The notes beneath the pieces are model-generated. The model was not told the origin of the DNA and did no database searches. It was given only the letters and a program-made list of their open reading frames with translations. Shown one piece after another: positions 8,510 through 19,006 of a DNA stretch of 64,000 nt. The stretch covers positions 3,136,001 to 3,200,000 of the forward strand of contig OZ255721.1 in NCBI GenBank assembly GCA_965277285.1, in the 5' to 3' direction. Source of the DNA: Abditibacteriaceae bacterium (GTDB lineage Bacteria; Armatimonadota; Abditibacteriia; Abditibacteriales; Abditibacteriaceae). Every line of letters starts with the position of its first letter. Position 1 is the first letter of the stretch. The position numbers were made by a program, and so were the translations under genes.

Positions 8510-10069
8510 TTACTGCGGGCGCTTTTGCGAGAGCAGCCATTGGTAGAGTTCGGGATCGGCGTAGGCTTTTTCCCACGTTTCGGCGTGCCCGGCCTGTGGG
8601 TAGCGCGTGAACTTGAACGGCACGCCCGCTTCTTTCATCGCCGCCACCATGTCATCGGCTCTTTGCGGATCGAAGGTATCGTCTTTTCCGCCGACGAAAT
8701 ACCATGTCGGCAAGTTTTTCAAGCGTGCTGCGCCGCCAGGATCACCGCCAGCTGCAATCGGCACAATGGCGGCAAATCGTTCGGGAAACTCTAACGCGAG
8801 GAACCACGTTCCGTTGCCGCCCATGCTCAAGCCCGTAACGTAAACACGGTCGGCGTCAACGCGATATTTCGCCTGAACTTCATCCAGAACTTCGATCAAT
8901 TGCGTGGCCAGCAAATAATCGTGCGGCGCTTGTGGTGAAACGAGGATAAAGGGAAATTTTTGACCTCGCGCAATCAGCTTTGGAAGCCCGTGACGGCGCA
9001 AAACGTTGAGGTCATCGCCGCGTTCGCCCGAGCCGTGCAAGAACAAAACGAGCGGCCACTTTTTCGTTTTGTCTTTGGCGTAATCTGGCGGAAGATCAAC
9101 TAAATAACGCGTCGGCCTGGTTTCGCCCAACTTCTTTTTCAACCCATACCACCACGTTTCGTCGCGGTGCCACGGGTTGTTCCACGAACCGCTTCCGTTG
9201 CCGTCACCGGCTTCGTGCAGTCCGGCTAAAAGCGCGCCGGATGAACTGTCGCGTGCCAGGCCATCGACAAACTGCTGCTTCAGATATTTGCTCCACAAAG
9301 CCTGACGCTGGCGCAACACTTCGGCACTGACGCCGATTTCCGGTGGCAACTCGCCGGTGAAATCCGACTTGTCTTTGTTCCAATCGAGTACTCGATCCTG
9401 GCGATAAAGCGTGATATAACGCTTGAAACTTGGCCCGTTTTGTGGCTGCACCAAGACGACAGCGCCATAACGCCCTAACGTCGTCGCGCGCGTCACGAGG
9501 TTATAAGACGCATCGTAGAACTGCGTTTGGATGCTGTAAGCGCCAAGCGCGTCTTCCATCAGCGAAGGCTGCTCGAAATCGGCCTGAGGAAATTCTTCGC
9601 CCGCGAAAACAAATGACGTGAAGAGAATCGGCGCCGATTCCGTGAGAGCACGACGCTCGGTTTCAATGTCGGGCAAAAGAAGCGAGACAGCGCGCTTGCC
9701 ACCGATCCAAACCGATGAATCACGCGAGTTTTGATTTCGCGGCGGCATCGGCAACGTGACAAGAGCGATGCTCCGTTCGCCTTGTTTGTAGAACACCGCG
9801 CTTCCCAAAACACGCCCATCTTGGCGCACTTCCACAACTTGGCCTTCAAGTTGTGGCGCCGCCGTCACCGAAACACGCACGCGCCGGAAACGCTCGTTGG
9901 TTGCGGTTGCCGTCACACTTTGAAAGACGTTATTATCTGGATTAGAAACTGGAAGTTGTGCTCCGGCGGTTCCTGTTTGCTGACTTTGTGCATCCACGTT
10001 CCGTGTCCCAATCGTGCCAGCGAAAATGGACGCGCTCGCCCATAAAACCAACTGCGGTACGTATTTCAT
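8510..10069 (-). CDS. Secreted alpha/beta hydrolase (esterase/peptidase-like)
   Basis: Signal peptide. C-terminal PLVLFLHGSGERG, GLSMGG nucleophile elbow, GGKDD and AGHAETW. Confidence 0.85.
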   Translation of the reverse strand: MKYVPQLVLWASASIFAGTIGTRNVDAQSQQTGTAGAQLPVSNPDNNVFQSVTATATNERFRRVRVSVTAAPQLEGQVVEVRQDGRVLGSAVFYKQGERSIALVTLPMPPRNQNSRDSSVWIGGKRAVSLLLPDIETERRALTESAPILFTSFVFAGEEFPQADFEQPSLMEDALGAYSIQTQFYDASYNLVTRATTLGRYGAVVLVQPQNGPSFKRYITLYRQDRVLDWNKDKSDFTGELPPEIGVSAEVLRQRQALWSKYLKQQFVDGLARDSSSGALLAGLHEAGDGNGSGSWNNPWHRDETWWYGLKKKLGETRPTRYLVDLPPDYAKDKTKKWPLVLFLHGSGERGDDLNVLRRHGLPKLIARGQKFPFILVSPQAPHDYLLATQLIEVLDEVQAKYRVDADRVYVTGLSMGGNGTWFLALEFPERFAAIVPIAAGGDPGGAARLKNLPTWYFVGGKDDTFDPQRADDMVAAMKEAGVPFKFTRYPQAGHAETWEKAYADPELYQWLLSQKRPQ

Positions 10070-10101
10070 TGCTTACTCCCAAAGCCCAACGTATTATTGC
10101 C

Positions 10102-10141
10102 AAAAGCGTCCGCTATCAAGTTACTCGATAGCGGACGCTTT
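10102..10141 (-). terminator. Intrinsic terminator after gltB with a degenerate palindrome centre
   Basis: aaaagcgtccgctatcaagttactcgatagcggacgcttt; same stem as the 8441 hairpin. Confidence 0.75.
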
Positions 10142-10159
10142 GTGTTTTGCAACCTTGAT

Positions 10160-13100
10160 TTACGCGTTCGATGGAACGGGAGTTTTCTCGTCGGTGCCGT
10201 CCATTGACTTGCCGCTTTGTTTCGCTTCGATTTTCTGAGGAGCCGGAACGGTATCGGGATGCGGCACGACTTTCCAGAATTGTCCCAGCGAGTTTTGCCA
10301 ATCGTTGAGCAACTCTGTGGCGCGCGGGCTGCCAGTCTCCGTCAGGTGGCGTTCGATTAAGTTGCGCAATTTGTAAGCGTCTCCCTCTTCTACGCGCTCG
10401 ATGCCAACCATATCGGGATTGAAGCGACGCGCAAACGCATTGTTTTCGTCATAAACGTAAGCGATTCCACCGCTCATGCCCGCGCCGAAGTTGCGTCCCG
10501 TTTCGCCCAAGACGACGACCGTGCCGCCCGTCATATATTCGCAGCCGTGATCGCCAACGCCTTCGACAACTGCCGTGCCGCCGCTGTTGCGCACGCCGAA
10601 ACGCTCGCCCGCGCGACCCGCCGCGAACAAATGACCGCCCGTCGCGCCATACATCACCGTGTTGCCGATCAGCGAGTTTTCGTGCCACACATACGTTTCA
10701 TGCGCGTGCGGCTTGACCGTGATCGTGCCGCCGTGCATCACTTTGCCGACGTAATCGTTGGCTTCGCCGGTCAGATTCAAGCGCAAGCCATTGATGCAAA
10801 ACGCGCCGAAACTTTGTCCAGCGGAACCGGTAAAGTTCAAGGTCAACTGATCGTCGGGCAAGCCTTTGTCGCCGTGCGCATACGCGATTTCGCCCGCCAC
10901 GCGCCCGCCAACGGTGCGGTCAGTGTTCTTAATCGGATAATGCAAGCTGAGCGTGCGACCATCGGAAATGGCGTCGCGGCCTTCCTGCAAAATTGTTTCG
11001 TCGATATGGCGCCAATCGGCGGGACGGTCGTTGCGCCCCATGATGCTGCGGCCTGGACGAATCGGCTCCGGTCGCAAATCGGTGCCCATCGCGCCATCGT
11101 TTCGAGTACTCGATTCGCCCGCCAGAACCTGCTTCGCGCTGTAGAACAACGGCGTCAGGTCAATGTTGTGCGTCTTGGGATACGTGCCTTCGGGCTTCAT
11201 GCGCAACAAATCGGTGCGACCGATGATGTCGTCCAATTTGCGCGCGCCCATTGATGCCAAAATCTCGCGCACTTCGCGGGCGACAAAAGTGAAGAAGTTG
11301 ACAACGTGCTCTGGCGTGCCGGGAAACTTGGCGCGCAAATCTTCGCGCTGGCTGGCGACGCCGACCGGACACGTATTGAGATGACACTGGCGCGCCATCA
11401 CGCAACCCGCCGCGACAATCGCCGCCGTTCCGAAACCGTATTCTTCCGCGCCCAGCAACGCCGCGATAATCACGTCGCGTCCGGTTTTGAAACCGCCGTC
11501 GGCATGAAGACGAACGCGACCGCGCAGATTGTTTTCCATCAAAACCTGCTGCGCTTCGGCCAAACCCAGCTCCCACGAAATGCCCGTATTTTTGATCGAA
11601 GTGATCGGGCTGGCGCCGGTTCCGCCGTCGTGACCAGAAATCACAATCGTGTCGGCATACGCTTTGGCGACGCCCGCCGCGACCGTTCCAACGCCCGCTT
11701 GTGCCACCAACTTGACACTGACACGCGCGTGCGGATTGACTTGCTTGAGGTCGTAAATCAGTTGCGCCAGGTCTTCAATCGAGTAAATATCGTGATGCGG
11801 CGGCGGAGAAATCAAGGTCACGCCAGGAACCGTGTGGCGAATGAAAGCGATTTCCGCGTTGACTTTGCCGCCGGGAAGCTGTCCGCCTTCGCCAGGTTTT
11901 GCGCCCTGCGCCATCTTGATTTGCAACTCTTTAGCGGAAACCAGATATTCTGGCGTCACGCCGAAACGACCGCTGGCGACCTGCTTAATTTGACTGTTGC
12001 GCCAATCGCCATTTTCGTCGCGGTGATAGCGGGACGGATGTTCGCCGCCTTCGCCGCTGTTGCTTTTGCCACCAATGCGGTTCATCGCAATCGCCAGACA
12101 TTCGTGAGCTTCCGACGACAGCGCGCCGTGACTCATCGCGCCGGTGCAAAAACGCCGGAACAAACTCTCGACTGGCTCCACATCGTCCAGAGGAATTGGC
12201 GCGTCGGAAATCGAGTACTCAAGAAGGTCGCGGATCGCAATCGGCATCTCGCGCGCATTGACCGCATTCTTATAAATCTGATATTGCGTGTCGTAATCGC
12301 CCTTGCGCACGGCTTCGTGGAACGGCTTGAACCACGCCGGATTGAAGGCGTGCTGCTCGCCGCCCTTGCGAAAACGCAGGTAGTAAAAATCTTCCAACTC
12401 GAACTTCTTCGGCGCCTCAAGCGGAAACGCCGTCTGGTGAAGTCGCAACGTGTCGCGCGCGATTTCTTCGTAACCCGCGCCACGAATGCGCGAAGGCGTG
12501 TGCGTGAAACATTCTTCAACGATCTGCGGAGCAAGGCCGAGCGCCTCGAAAATCTGCGCGCCTTGATAAGACGCCAATGTCGAAATGCCCATCTTCGACA
12601 TGATTTTCAGCAGGCCGCTTTCAATCGACTTGCGATAAGAAACCAGCGCTTTTTCGACGCCTTTGTCCCAACCTTCAATCAGATTGTTCTCGATCAAATG
12701 TTCGATGGTTGCATACGCCAGATACGGATTGACGGCGCTGGCGCCAAAGCCGAGCAAGCACGCGGTCTGATGATCGTCGCGCACTTCGCCGCTTTCGGCC
12801 ACAATCGAGACGCGCGTGCGCACGCCGCAACGAATCAGGTGATGATGCGTCGCGCCGACCGCCATCAAAGTCGGAATCAGGGCGCGATCTTTTCCAGCTG
12901 CGCGGTCGCTCAAAATCAAAATTGAGAAACCATCGCGCACCGCTTGCACCGCTTCATCGTGGACGCGGTCGCAGGCGCTTTTCAAACCGGCTTCGCCTTC
13001 ACTAACGGGAAACGTCGCGTCCAGCGTTTTGGCCTTGAAGCATTCGCCCGCCGCGCCCGAACGCAGCCATTCGAGTTGCGCGTTCGTCAAAACCGGCGAC

Positions 13101-14935
13101 TTGAACTGGATGCGCCGACACGCTTCGGGGTTTTCGTCCCACAAGTTCTTGGACGCGCCCAAAAGCGTCGTCAGACTCATCACCATTTTCTCGCGCAACG
13201 GGTCAATCGGCGGATTTGTCACCTGAGCGAAACGCTGGCGAAAATACGTGTAAAGCAAGCGCGGCTTTTCGGAGAGAACGGCCAACGGCGTGTCGTCGCC
13301 CATCGAACCAATCGGTTCCTTGGCGGTTTTTACCATCGGCTTGACGATGCTTTCGACATCTTCGTGCGTGTAGCCGAAAATCTTTTGCTGAATCAGCAAT
13401 TGATCGGCGACAGCAGCCAATTGGTCGCTATTCGAGTACTCGATTGCTCCATCTGCCGCATGACCGTTCCCGTTCGCGTGACCGTTGGCGCCTCCGTTCT
13501 GACCACTGACTACTGGCTCCTGACCACTGACTACTGGCTCCTGACCACTGACTTCATCGGCTTTCACCAGGAACTCGTTCACCCAATGACTGTAAGGCGC
13601 CTGCTTGGAATAACGCTCTTTGATTTCCTGATTCTTCATCAGTTCGCCGGTTTGCGTGTCCAGCGCGATGATTTGTCCCGGCCCCAAACGACCTTTTTCA
13701 AGAACGCGCGCGCCTTGCAAATCGACCACGCCGACTTCGGATGCAACGATCAGCATTCCGTCATCGCTCAATTGATAGCGCGCCGGACGCAAGCCGTTTC
13801 TGTCTAAACTGGCGCCGATGATGCGGCCATCAGTAAACGATAGCGCGGCGGGGCCGTCCCACGGTTCCTGCAAACACGCGTGATATTGATAAAACGCGCG
13901 CAAGTCGTCGTCCATTTCCGGCACGGCTTCATACGCTTCGGGCGTCATCATCAGAACGGTGTGCAGCAAATCGCGCCCGCCCATAACCAGGCTTTCCAGC
14001 GCGTTGTCCAATCCCGCCGAGTCGCTGCCGCCGCGCTGAATGATCGGGCGCAGTTCGGCCAGAGCTTCTTTCGAGTTCCAAATGGACGAGTTTTCGGCCA
14101 GTTCCTTGGCGCGAATCCAGTTGACATTGCCTTGCAGCGTATTAATTTCGCCGTTGTGCGCCACAAAGCGAAACGGCTGCGCCAAAAACCAGGTCGGAAA
14201 GGTGTTCGTCGAGTAGCGCTGATGATATAAAGCAATCGCCGATTCAAAGTTCTCGTCCTGCAAATCGCCGTAAAACTTGTTCAATTGCGGCGCGACGACC
14301 AATCCCTTATAAATGATGGTGCGATGCGAAAAGCTGGGAATGTAAAAGCCTTCGATGCCTTCGGCGGCGACGCGGTTTTCCATCCTTTTGCGCATCTGAT
14401 AACAAACGCGACCGAATTCTTCGTCCGTCATGCCGTTCAGGCGCGCCAGCAACAATTGACGGATTTCAGGCGCGGTTTCGCGCGCGCTGTCGCCCAAAGC
14501 TGTCGCATCGACCGGCACACGGCGCCAATCGAGAAACACCAGATCACTTTCTTCCACAACCTTATTGCAGATGTCATAAGCGCGATGGCGAGCTTCGGCA
14601 TCGCGCGGGAAAAACATCATCGCCACCGCGAGGTCTTCGTCCTTGCGCAACAATTTCCCCTGACCTCGACCCAATCCGGCGCGCAGCAGTTTGTAGGGAA
14701 TCTGCGTCAGCACGCCCGCGCCATCGCCTGTTTTTGCGTCGGCAGCGACGGCTCCGCGATGCGTCAGGCAACAAACCGCTTCAATGGCTTTTTCCACGGT
14801 GCGGTGCGTGCGGCGACCTTGCACATCAGCGACGAAACCGATGCCGCAGGAATCTTGTTCCATGCGCGGATCATAAAGACCGTGCGCGGGCGGCAAACCG
14901 AAAGACAGACCGAGATGGGAAGAATGTGAAGTCAA
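10160..14935 (-). CDS. gltB: Glutamate synthase large subunit
   Basis: Propeptide followed by CGIGF, HQRYSTNT, AHNGEINT, EPWDGPA, IKMAQGAKPGEGGQLPG, the 3Fe-4S motif GCVMARQCHLNTCP and a GXGXG domain. AGGAG RBS precedes the TTG. Confidence 0.97.
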   Translation of the reverse strand: MTSHSSHLGLSFGLPPAHGLYDPRMEQDSCGIGFVADVQGRRTHRTVEKAIEAVCCLTHRGAVAADAKTGDGAGVLTQIPYKLLRAGLGRGQGKLLRKDEDLAVAMMFFPRDAEARHRAYDICNKVVEESDLVFLDWRRVPVDATALGDSARETAPEIRQLLLARLNGMTDEEFGRVCYQMRKRMENRVAAEGIEGFYIPSFSHRTIIYKGLVVAPQLNKFYGDLQDENFESAIALYHQRYSTNTFPTWFLAQPFRFVAHNGEINTLQGNVNWIRAKELAENSSIWNSKEALAELRPIIQRGGSDSAGLDNALESLVMGGRDLLHTVLMMTPEAYEAVPEMDDDLRAFYQYHACLQEPWDGPAALSFTDGRIIGASLDRNGLRPARYQLSDDGMLIVASEVGVVDLQGARVLEKGRLGPGQIIALDTQTGELMKNQEIKERYSKQAPYSHWVNEFLVKADEVSGQEPVVSGQEPVVSGQNGGANGHANGNGHAADGAIEYSNSDQLAAVADQLLIQQKIFGYTHEDVESIVKPMVKTAKEPIGSMGDDTPLAVLSEKPRLLYTYFRQRFAQVTNPPIDPLREKMVMSLTTLLGASKNLWDENPEACRRIQFKSPVLTNAQLEWLRSGAAGECFKAKTLDATFPVSEGEAGLKSACDRVHDEAVQAVRDGFSILILSDRAAGKDRALIPTLMAVGATHHHLIRCGVRTRVSIVAESGEVRDDHQTACLLGFGASAVNPYLAYATIEHLIENNLIEGWDKGVEKALVSYRKSIESGLLKIMSKMGISTLASYQGAQIFEALGLAPQIVEECFTHTPSRIRGAGYEEIARDTLRLHQTAFPLEAPKKFELEDFYYLRFRKGGEQHAFNPAWFKPFHEAVRKGDYDTQYQIYKNAVNAREMPIAIRDLLEYSISDAPIPLDDVEPVESLFRRFCTGAMSHGALSSEAHECLAIAMNRIGGKSNSGEGGEHPSRYHRDENGDWRNSQIKQVASGRFGVTPEYLVSAKELQIKMAQGAKPGEGGQLPGGKVNAEIAFIRHTVPGVTLISPPPHHDIYSIEDLAQLIYDLKQVNPHARVSVKLVAQAGVGTVAAGVAKAYADTIVISGHDGGTGASPITSIKNTGISWELGLAEAQQVLMENNLRGRVRLHADGGFKTGRDVIIAALLGAEEYGFGTAAIVAAGCVMARQCHLNTCPVGVASQREDLRAKFPGTPEHVVNFFTFVAREVREILASMGARKLDDIIGRTDLLRMKPEGTYPKTHNIDLTPLFYSAKQVLAGESSTRNDGAMGTDLRPEPIRPGRSIMGRNDRPADWRHIDETILQEGRDAISDGRTLSLHYPIKNTDRTVGGRVAGEIAYAHGDKGLPDDQLTLNFTGSAGQSFGAFCINGLRLNLTGEANDYVGKVMHGGTITVKPHAHETYVWHENSLIGNTVMYGATGGHLFAAGRAGERFGVRNSGGTAVVEGVGDHGCEYMTGGTVVVLGETGRNFGAGMSGGIAYVYDENNAFARRFNPDMVGIERVEEGDAYKLRNLIERHLTETGSPRATELLNDWQNSLGQFWKVVPHPDTVPAPQKIEAKQSGKSMDGTDEKTPVPSNA
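13499..13553. repeat. In-frame 21-bp (3x7) tandem repeat inside gltB
   Basis: CTGACCA-CTGACTA-CTGGCTC repeated 2.6 times, encoding VSGQEPVVSGQEPVVSGQ. Confidence 0.9.
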
Positions 14936-15551
14936 GATAGTCTCCTGATTTTCAACGTCACAGGGAACGCGAAAAGAGTTCGAGTACTCGAAAGTTTATA
15001 AGATTGATTGCGACGAGCAGAGCAGGAAATAAACGGCGAAAGCTGAAAGGCGGCGAAGAAGAAAGCGTCAGGCCGCAATGTGTTTGACGGATACGCGTTT
15101 GATGCAGACGCGCGTGGTGCCCGCATCTTGGACGCGCCAAGCCCCGGCGCGGGCGCTATTGGCGCAGCGGGAAAAGTATTTTCGCGTTGAATAAATGATG
15201 GTCATGCCGAAATGATTACAAAATCACGTTTCAAGTTCGTTACGAAAAAGAGAAATTTCTCATTTCGTCGCTTCTTGAAAACGGCGCCTGCGAGTCGCGC
15301 CAATATTGTACAACAACGACCTTTTACCCGCAAATCGGCGCCATCTTCTGCGCCCTTTCGAGTACTCGAAATCACTTCAGCAATCGCCCGGCTTGCGGCA
15401 CATAACCATCACTTTCAAGGCGCCAATCGCCATCACAACCAGCGCGCTGAGAAAGAACAACGAATTTTTGCTTTTCATAAAGTTTTCCTGTTGAACGAGT
15501 TTGTACTTCTTTTCACAACAGGAAGAATCGAATGGAAAGACGTTGCATAAA

Positions 15552-15815
15552 TTACGCAGTTTGCCAGCGGATTATTAAGTCGGGATGTTCAGCAGCGGCT
15601 TGAGCTTGGGCGTCTTCAAGAGTTTCGTGCCATGTATCTGTGACGCAATTCCAATCTTGGTCGCAGCCAAACAAAAGAAAACCTTCCGTGTCGACATAGT
15701 GAACGATTGCCAATCCACAAATCAGCTTTTCCATGTGGACTTCTCGGTGAGATTCGTTCAAAATGACATGACAAAAAACGTTTGCTCGCTCAATGATTTT
15801 GGGTGGCACATTCAT
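15552..15815 (-). CDS. Hypothetical small protein
   Basis: 87-aa ORF with LAI..FLLFGCDQDW..DTWH..EDAQAQA and a GAGG RBS. Confidence 0.7.
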   Translation of the reverse strand: MNVPPKIIERANVFCHVILNESHREVHMEKLICGLAIVHYVDTEGFLLFGCDQDWNCVTDTWHETLEDAQAQAAAEHPDLIIRWQTA

Positions 15816-15925
15816 CAACTTTCCTCGTTTTAGTTTTCTATTTTATTGGCAAAGGCGGTTTCATTGTCACTTCGCCGCCGCGCGGCTTATAATCAAGCGA
15901 CTGTTTTCGTCCTCTTCTTTCTTCC

Positions 15926-18019
15926 ATGAATGCCGCGCCGCCTGCTTCCACTTCGCCCGTGCCAATCGAGTACTCGAATGTTCCCGCAGAGCGCGTTCAA
16001 ACGGCGCGTTCGTCCGGTGCGGGTTCGCAAGGCGTGCGGTTGCGCGCTTATCTGGTCGCGTTACCGTTGCTGGTCGGCATTTGCTTTTTGTCGGTTTACG
16101 CTGATATGGTGGCGCAAAGCGTGCAATTCGGCGTGTTGCAGTTCGCGCCGCCCGCGATTGTGGCGCTTTTTGGCGTCGCGCTGATCAATCGTTTTTTGAA
16201 GAAATTGACGCAGCGCGAATTGCTGCGCCCTTCGGAAATGCTGACGATTTACGCGATGACTTTGGTCGGCGTGATGGTTTCGACGCGCGGCGTGATTGAA
16301 AAACTGATTCCGCCGCTGGCGTATTTGCCGTATTTTGCCACGCGCGAAAACAATCTCAATAGTTTGGTGACGCAACACATTCCGCGCTGGGCGGTGCCGT
16401 ATCAACCGACGGCTTTGGCGCAACCGGCGCCGGATGTGATTCGCGGTTATTACGAAGGAATTAAAGCCGGAACGCCGATTCCGTTCAGCGCGTGGATTCC
16501 GCCGTTGCTGGCGTGGTTCGGCCTGATTTGTTGCGTGCTCATCGTTTTCGCGTGCTTGAGTACGCTTTTGCGGCGCCAATGGATGGACAACGAGCAGTTG
16601 CGTTTTCCCCTCACGACGTTGCCGCTGGCGATGATGCGCGACGAATGCGAAGGCCAGCCGTTTTTCTCCAATCGCGTGATGTGGCTGGGTTTTGCGCTCG
16701 CGGTTTTCGTCTTCACCATCAACGGTTTGAACGCGAACTTCCCGCAGTGGCCGCGCTTCGTCATCGACTTCGATTTTTCGGGCATCTTCACCGAAAAGCC
16801 GTGGAACGCGATGTATTCGATTGTCGCGTATGTGTCGCTGGCGGCGATTGGCTTCGCGTTTTTCCTGCCGACCGATTTATTGTTTTCGCTGTGGTTCTTC
16901 TTTTTGTTGACGCGCTTGCAAGACGCCGCCGCGGTGATGCTGGGCGGCACGCCGACGCCGATGGTTTCGCATTCGTGCCGCGTCTGGACAGGTTATCAAG
17001 CCGCTGGCGCGTATCTGGTTTTGATCGCGGCGCAAACGCGCATCGCCTGGCCGTATTACAAGCAGGTTTGCAAGACGGCGTTTCCGCGTTCGAGTACTCG
17101 ATTGCGCGTTCAACCGTTGGATGACAGCGGCGAATTGATGAGTTATCGCGCCGCGATTATCGGACTGGGCGGCGGTTTCGCGGGCATCGTTTTGTGGCTT
17201 TCAATCGCGGGAATGAACCCGTTGGTCGCTGCGACACAGATGGGAATTTATCTGTTCTTCATCGCGGTCATAATGAGTCGCGGCGTTTGCGAAGCCGGAC
17301 TTTTGATGACCGAAACCAGTTTTCGTCCGACCGATTTGATGCGTTTGGTGTTTCCGGTTCACGCTTTTGGCGCCACGAATTTGTCGATGATGGGAATGCT
17401 GGATGTGGTATTTATCCGCGATTTGCGCGGCGTGATGTTGTCGCCGATGCTGGACAACCAGAAAATGGCGGGCGAACTGCGTGTTCGTCAGCGCGCCTTG
17501 TTGATGCCGCTTATCATTGCTATCGTCGTGGCGTTTGTCGTCGCCAGTTACTTTTTTCTCAAGTTCAATTACGAATTGGGCGGCCTGAGCCTTTACAAGT
17601 ACTCGAATCAGAATAACGCGCGCAATATGTTCAGCATGACTTCTGCATCAATTACCGGCGATTTGCCGGCGCCCGATTCGACGGCTTATGGCGGCTTCGT
17701 TTTGGGAACGCTTGCGACGTTGTTGATGGTCGTGATGCGCGCGCGTTACGTGTGGTTTCCGTTCAACCCGCTGGCGTATGCGATTGCGCCAACCTACGCG
17801 ATGTTGGTGTTGTGGTTTCCGTGTTTCCTGGCGTGGATCATCAAAAGTTTGACGATGCGCTTTGGCGGCATTGACGTATTCCGCAAAATCGCGCCGTTCA
17901 TGCTGGGCATGATTTTGGGCGAATTCACCTGCGCGGTCGTGTGGGCGATCATCGCCATGACTAGCCCGACGATTTTCGGTTTCAAGTTTGGCAGCGCGCC
18001 CGCGTTTCCCTGGCAGTAA
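15926..18019 (+). CDS. DUF6785/DUF6784 polytopic membrane protein (putative transporter)
   Basis: Many TM helices, RRQWMDNEQLRFPL, and C-terminal WFPFNPLAY..AWIIKSLTMRFGG..PFMLGMILGE. TATAAT upstream. Confidence 0.8.
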   Translation: MNAAPPASTSPVPIEYSNVPAERVQTARSSGAGSQGVRLRAYLVALPLLVGICFLSVYADMVAQSVQFGVLQFAPPAIVALFGVALINRFLKKLTQRELLRPSEMLTIYAMTLVGVMVSTRGVIEKLIPPLAYLPYFATRENNLNSLVTQHIPRWAVPYQPTALAQPAPDVIRGYYEGIKAGTPIPFSAWIPPLLAWFGLICCVLIVFACLSTLLRRQWMDNEQLRFPLTTLPLAMMRDECEGQPFFSNRVMWLGFALAVFVFTINGLNANFPQWPRFVIDFDFSGIFTEKPWNAMYSIVAYVSLAAIGFAFFLPTDLLFSLWFFFLLTRLQDAAAVMLGGTPTPMVSHSCRVWTGYQAAGAYLVLIAAQTRIAWPYYKQVCKTAFPRSSTRLRVQPLDDSGELMSYRAAIIGLGGGFAGIVLWLSIAGMNPLVAATQMGIYLFFIAVIMSRGVCEAGLLMTETSFRPTDLMRLVFPVHAFGATNLSMMGMLDVVFIRDLRGVMLSPMLDNQKMAGELRVRQRALLMPLIIAIVVAFVVASYFFLKFNYELGGLSLYKYSNQNNARNMFSMTSASITGDLPAPDSTAYGGFVLGTLATLLMVVMRARYVWFPFNPLAYAIAPTYAMLVLWFPCFLAWIIKSLTMRFGGIDVFRKIAPFMLGMILGEFTCAVVWAIIAMTSPTIFGFKFGSAPAFPWQ

Positions 18020-18264
18020 ATCGAGTACTCGATAAACACGAACACTGCTTGCAACTCATCTCAATTCAGATCGAGATAACATCTTTATTATGATAAAGAT
18101 GGGCAATGATTTGCCTGGCTTCGCTTGGATACAATCATATCTTTGAAATGCATCGAAACCGTTATTCTGCTGCGTTAGCGATGTGTAATAACATGGTTGT
18201 GTTGGTGCGCGGTTTTCCTGTAATTTGAGCCGAATTACGCCATAAAAATACTTGAGGTGTGTCC

Positions 18265-18912
18265 ATGCTAAAGCAAGTTATCGAGCAACCGTTTGGAATA
18301 AACGTTTTTGGGTCAGCGCTGTTGCGTGTCGAGCCTGATATTGTATCGCTTGAGTTCAAAATCGAGAACATGGCTGAGCATCCGAAAGCCGCGTTTGCGG
18401 CGGTTCGCACAGCAGCGGCTCAGGTGCGCCAGTATTTAGGCAACGCAGGAGTTGCCGAGTTTGGCTCGTCTCAGATCGATTTGTCATCTACATTCCATCG
18501 TGACAAAGGCGAGAAGCATTTCTTAGGGTATAAGGCAAATGTCTACTTTCAGGCGATCCTACACGATTTGGAACGAACTGAAGAAGTTTTGTTAGGCGCG
18601 TTGGAAGCGGGCGCCACCGAAATCAGTCGCACCAACTTTCAAACCAGTCGCTTGAAGGAACTCCGCGCAAAGGCACGAAGAGAGGCAGTCGCGGCGGCGC
18701 GCGAGAAAGCGCAACTTTATGCACAAGAAACAGGCGTCAAACTTGGACGCGTGTTACATATTGAAGACATCAATCCTGAATCGTTGCGCATCGGATTTCA
18801 TAGCGCTGTCGAAGTCCCTATGGATGCCGAAGTCGAATCACATTCGTTTAACCCTGCCAGCATTCCCGTCACCGCAGCCGTTGTCATAGCGTTCGCGTTC
18901 GCCGAGGGATAG
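18265..18912 (+). CDS. SIMPL (DUF541) domain protein
   Basis: INVFGSA..VEPD, ARREAVAAAREKAQLYA..GVKLGRVLHI. GAGGTG RBS. Confidence 0.85.
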   Translation: MLKQVIEQPFGINVFGSALLRVEPDIVSLEFKIENMAEHPKAAFAAVRTAAAQVRQYLGNAGVAEFGSSQIDLSSTFHRDKGEKHFLGYKANVYFQAILHDLERTEEVLLGALEAGATEISRTNFQTSRLKELRAKARREAVAAAREKAQLYAQETGVKLGRVLHIEDINPESLRIGFHSAVEVPMDAEVESHSFNPASIPVTAAVVIAFAFAEG

Positions 18913-18994
18913 AGATGATGAAACAAGTAAAAGGCAACGCGTAATCGCGGGACATAATGAAAAGAGTGTTGCGACTTTGGACCGCGCTCTCGTT

Positions 18995-19000
18995 TATAAT
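18995..19000 (+). promoter_or_regulatory. -10 box 6 nt before a GTG (possible leaderless argJ start)
   Basis: TATAAT-aatccc-GTG, with no SD sequence. Confidence 0.45.
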
Positions 19001-19006
19001 AATCCC

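Noticed and set aside
11306..12925. 539-aa plus-strand ORF and similar long antisense ORFs (38355-39668, 32368-33483, 59236-60465, 61087-62208, 36334-37389)
   Set aside because: These are shadows of well-supported genes on the opposite strand, typical of GC-rich codon usage.
14936..15550. Glutamine riboswitch or small ORFs upstream of gltB
   Set aside because: There is no recognisable aptamer consensus, and the short ORFs lack RBS or domain support.
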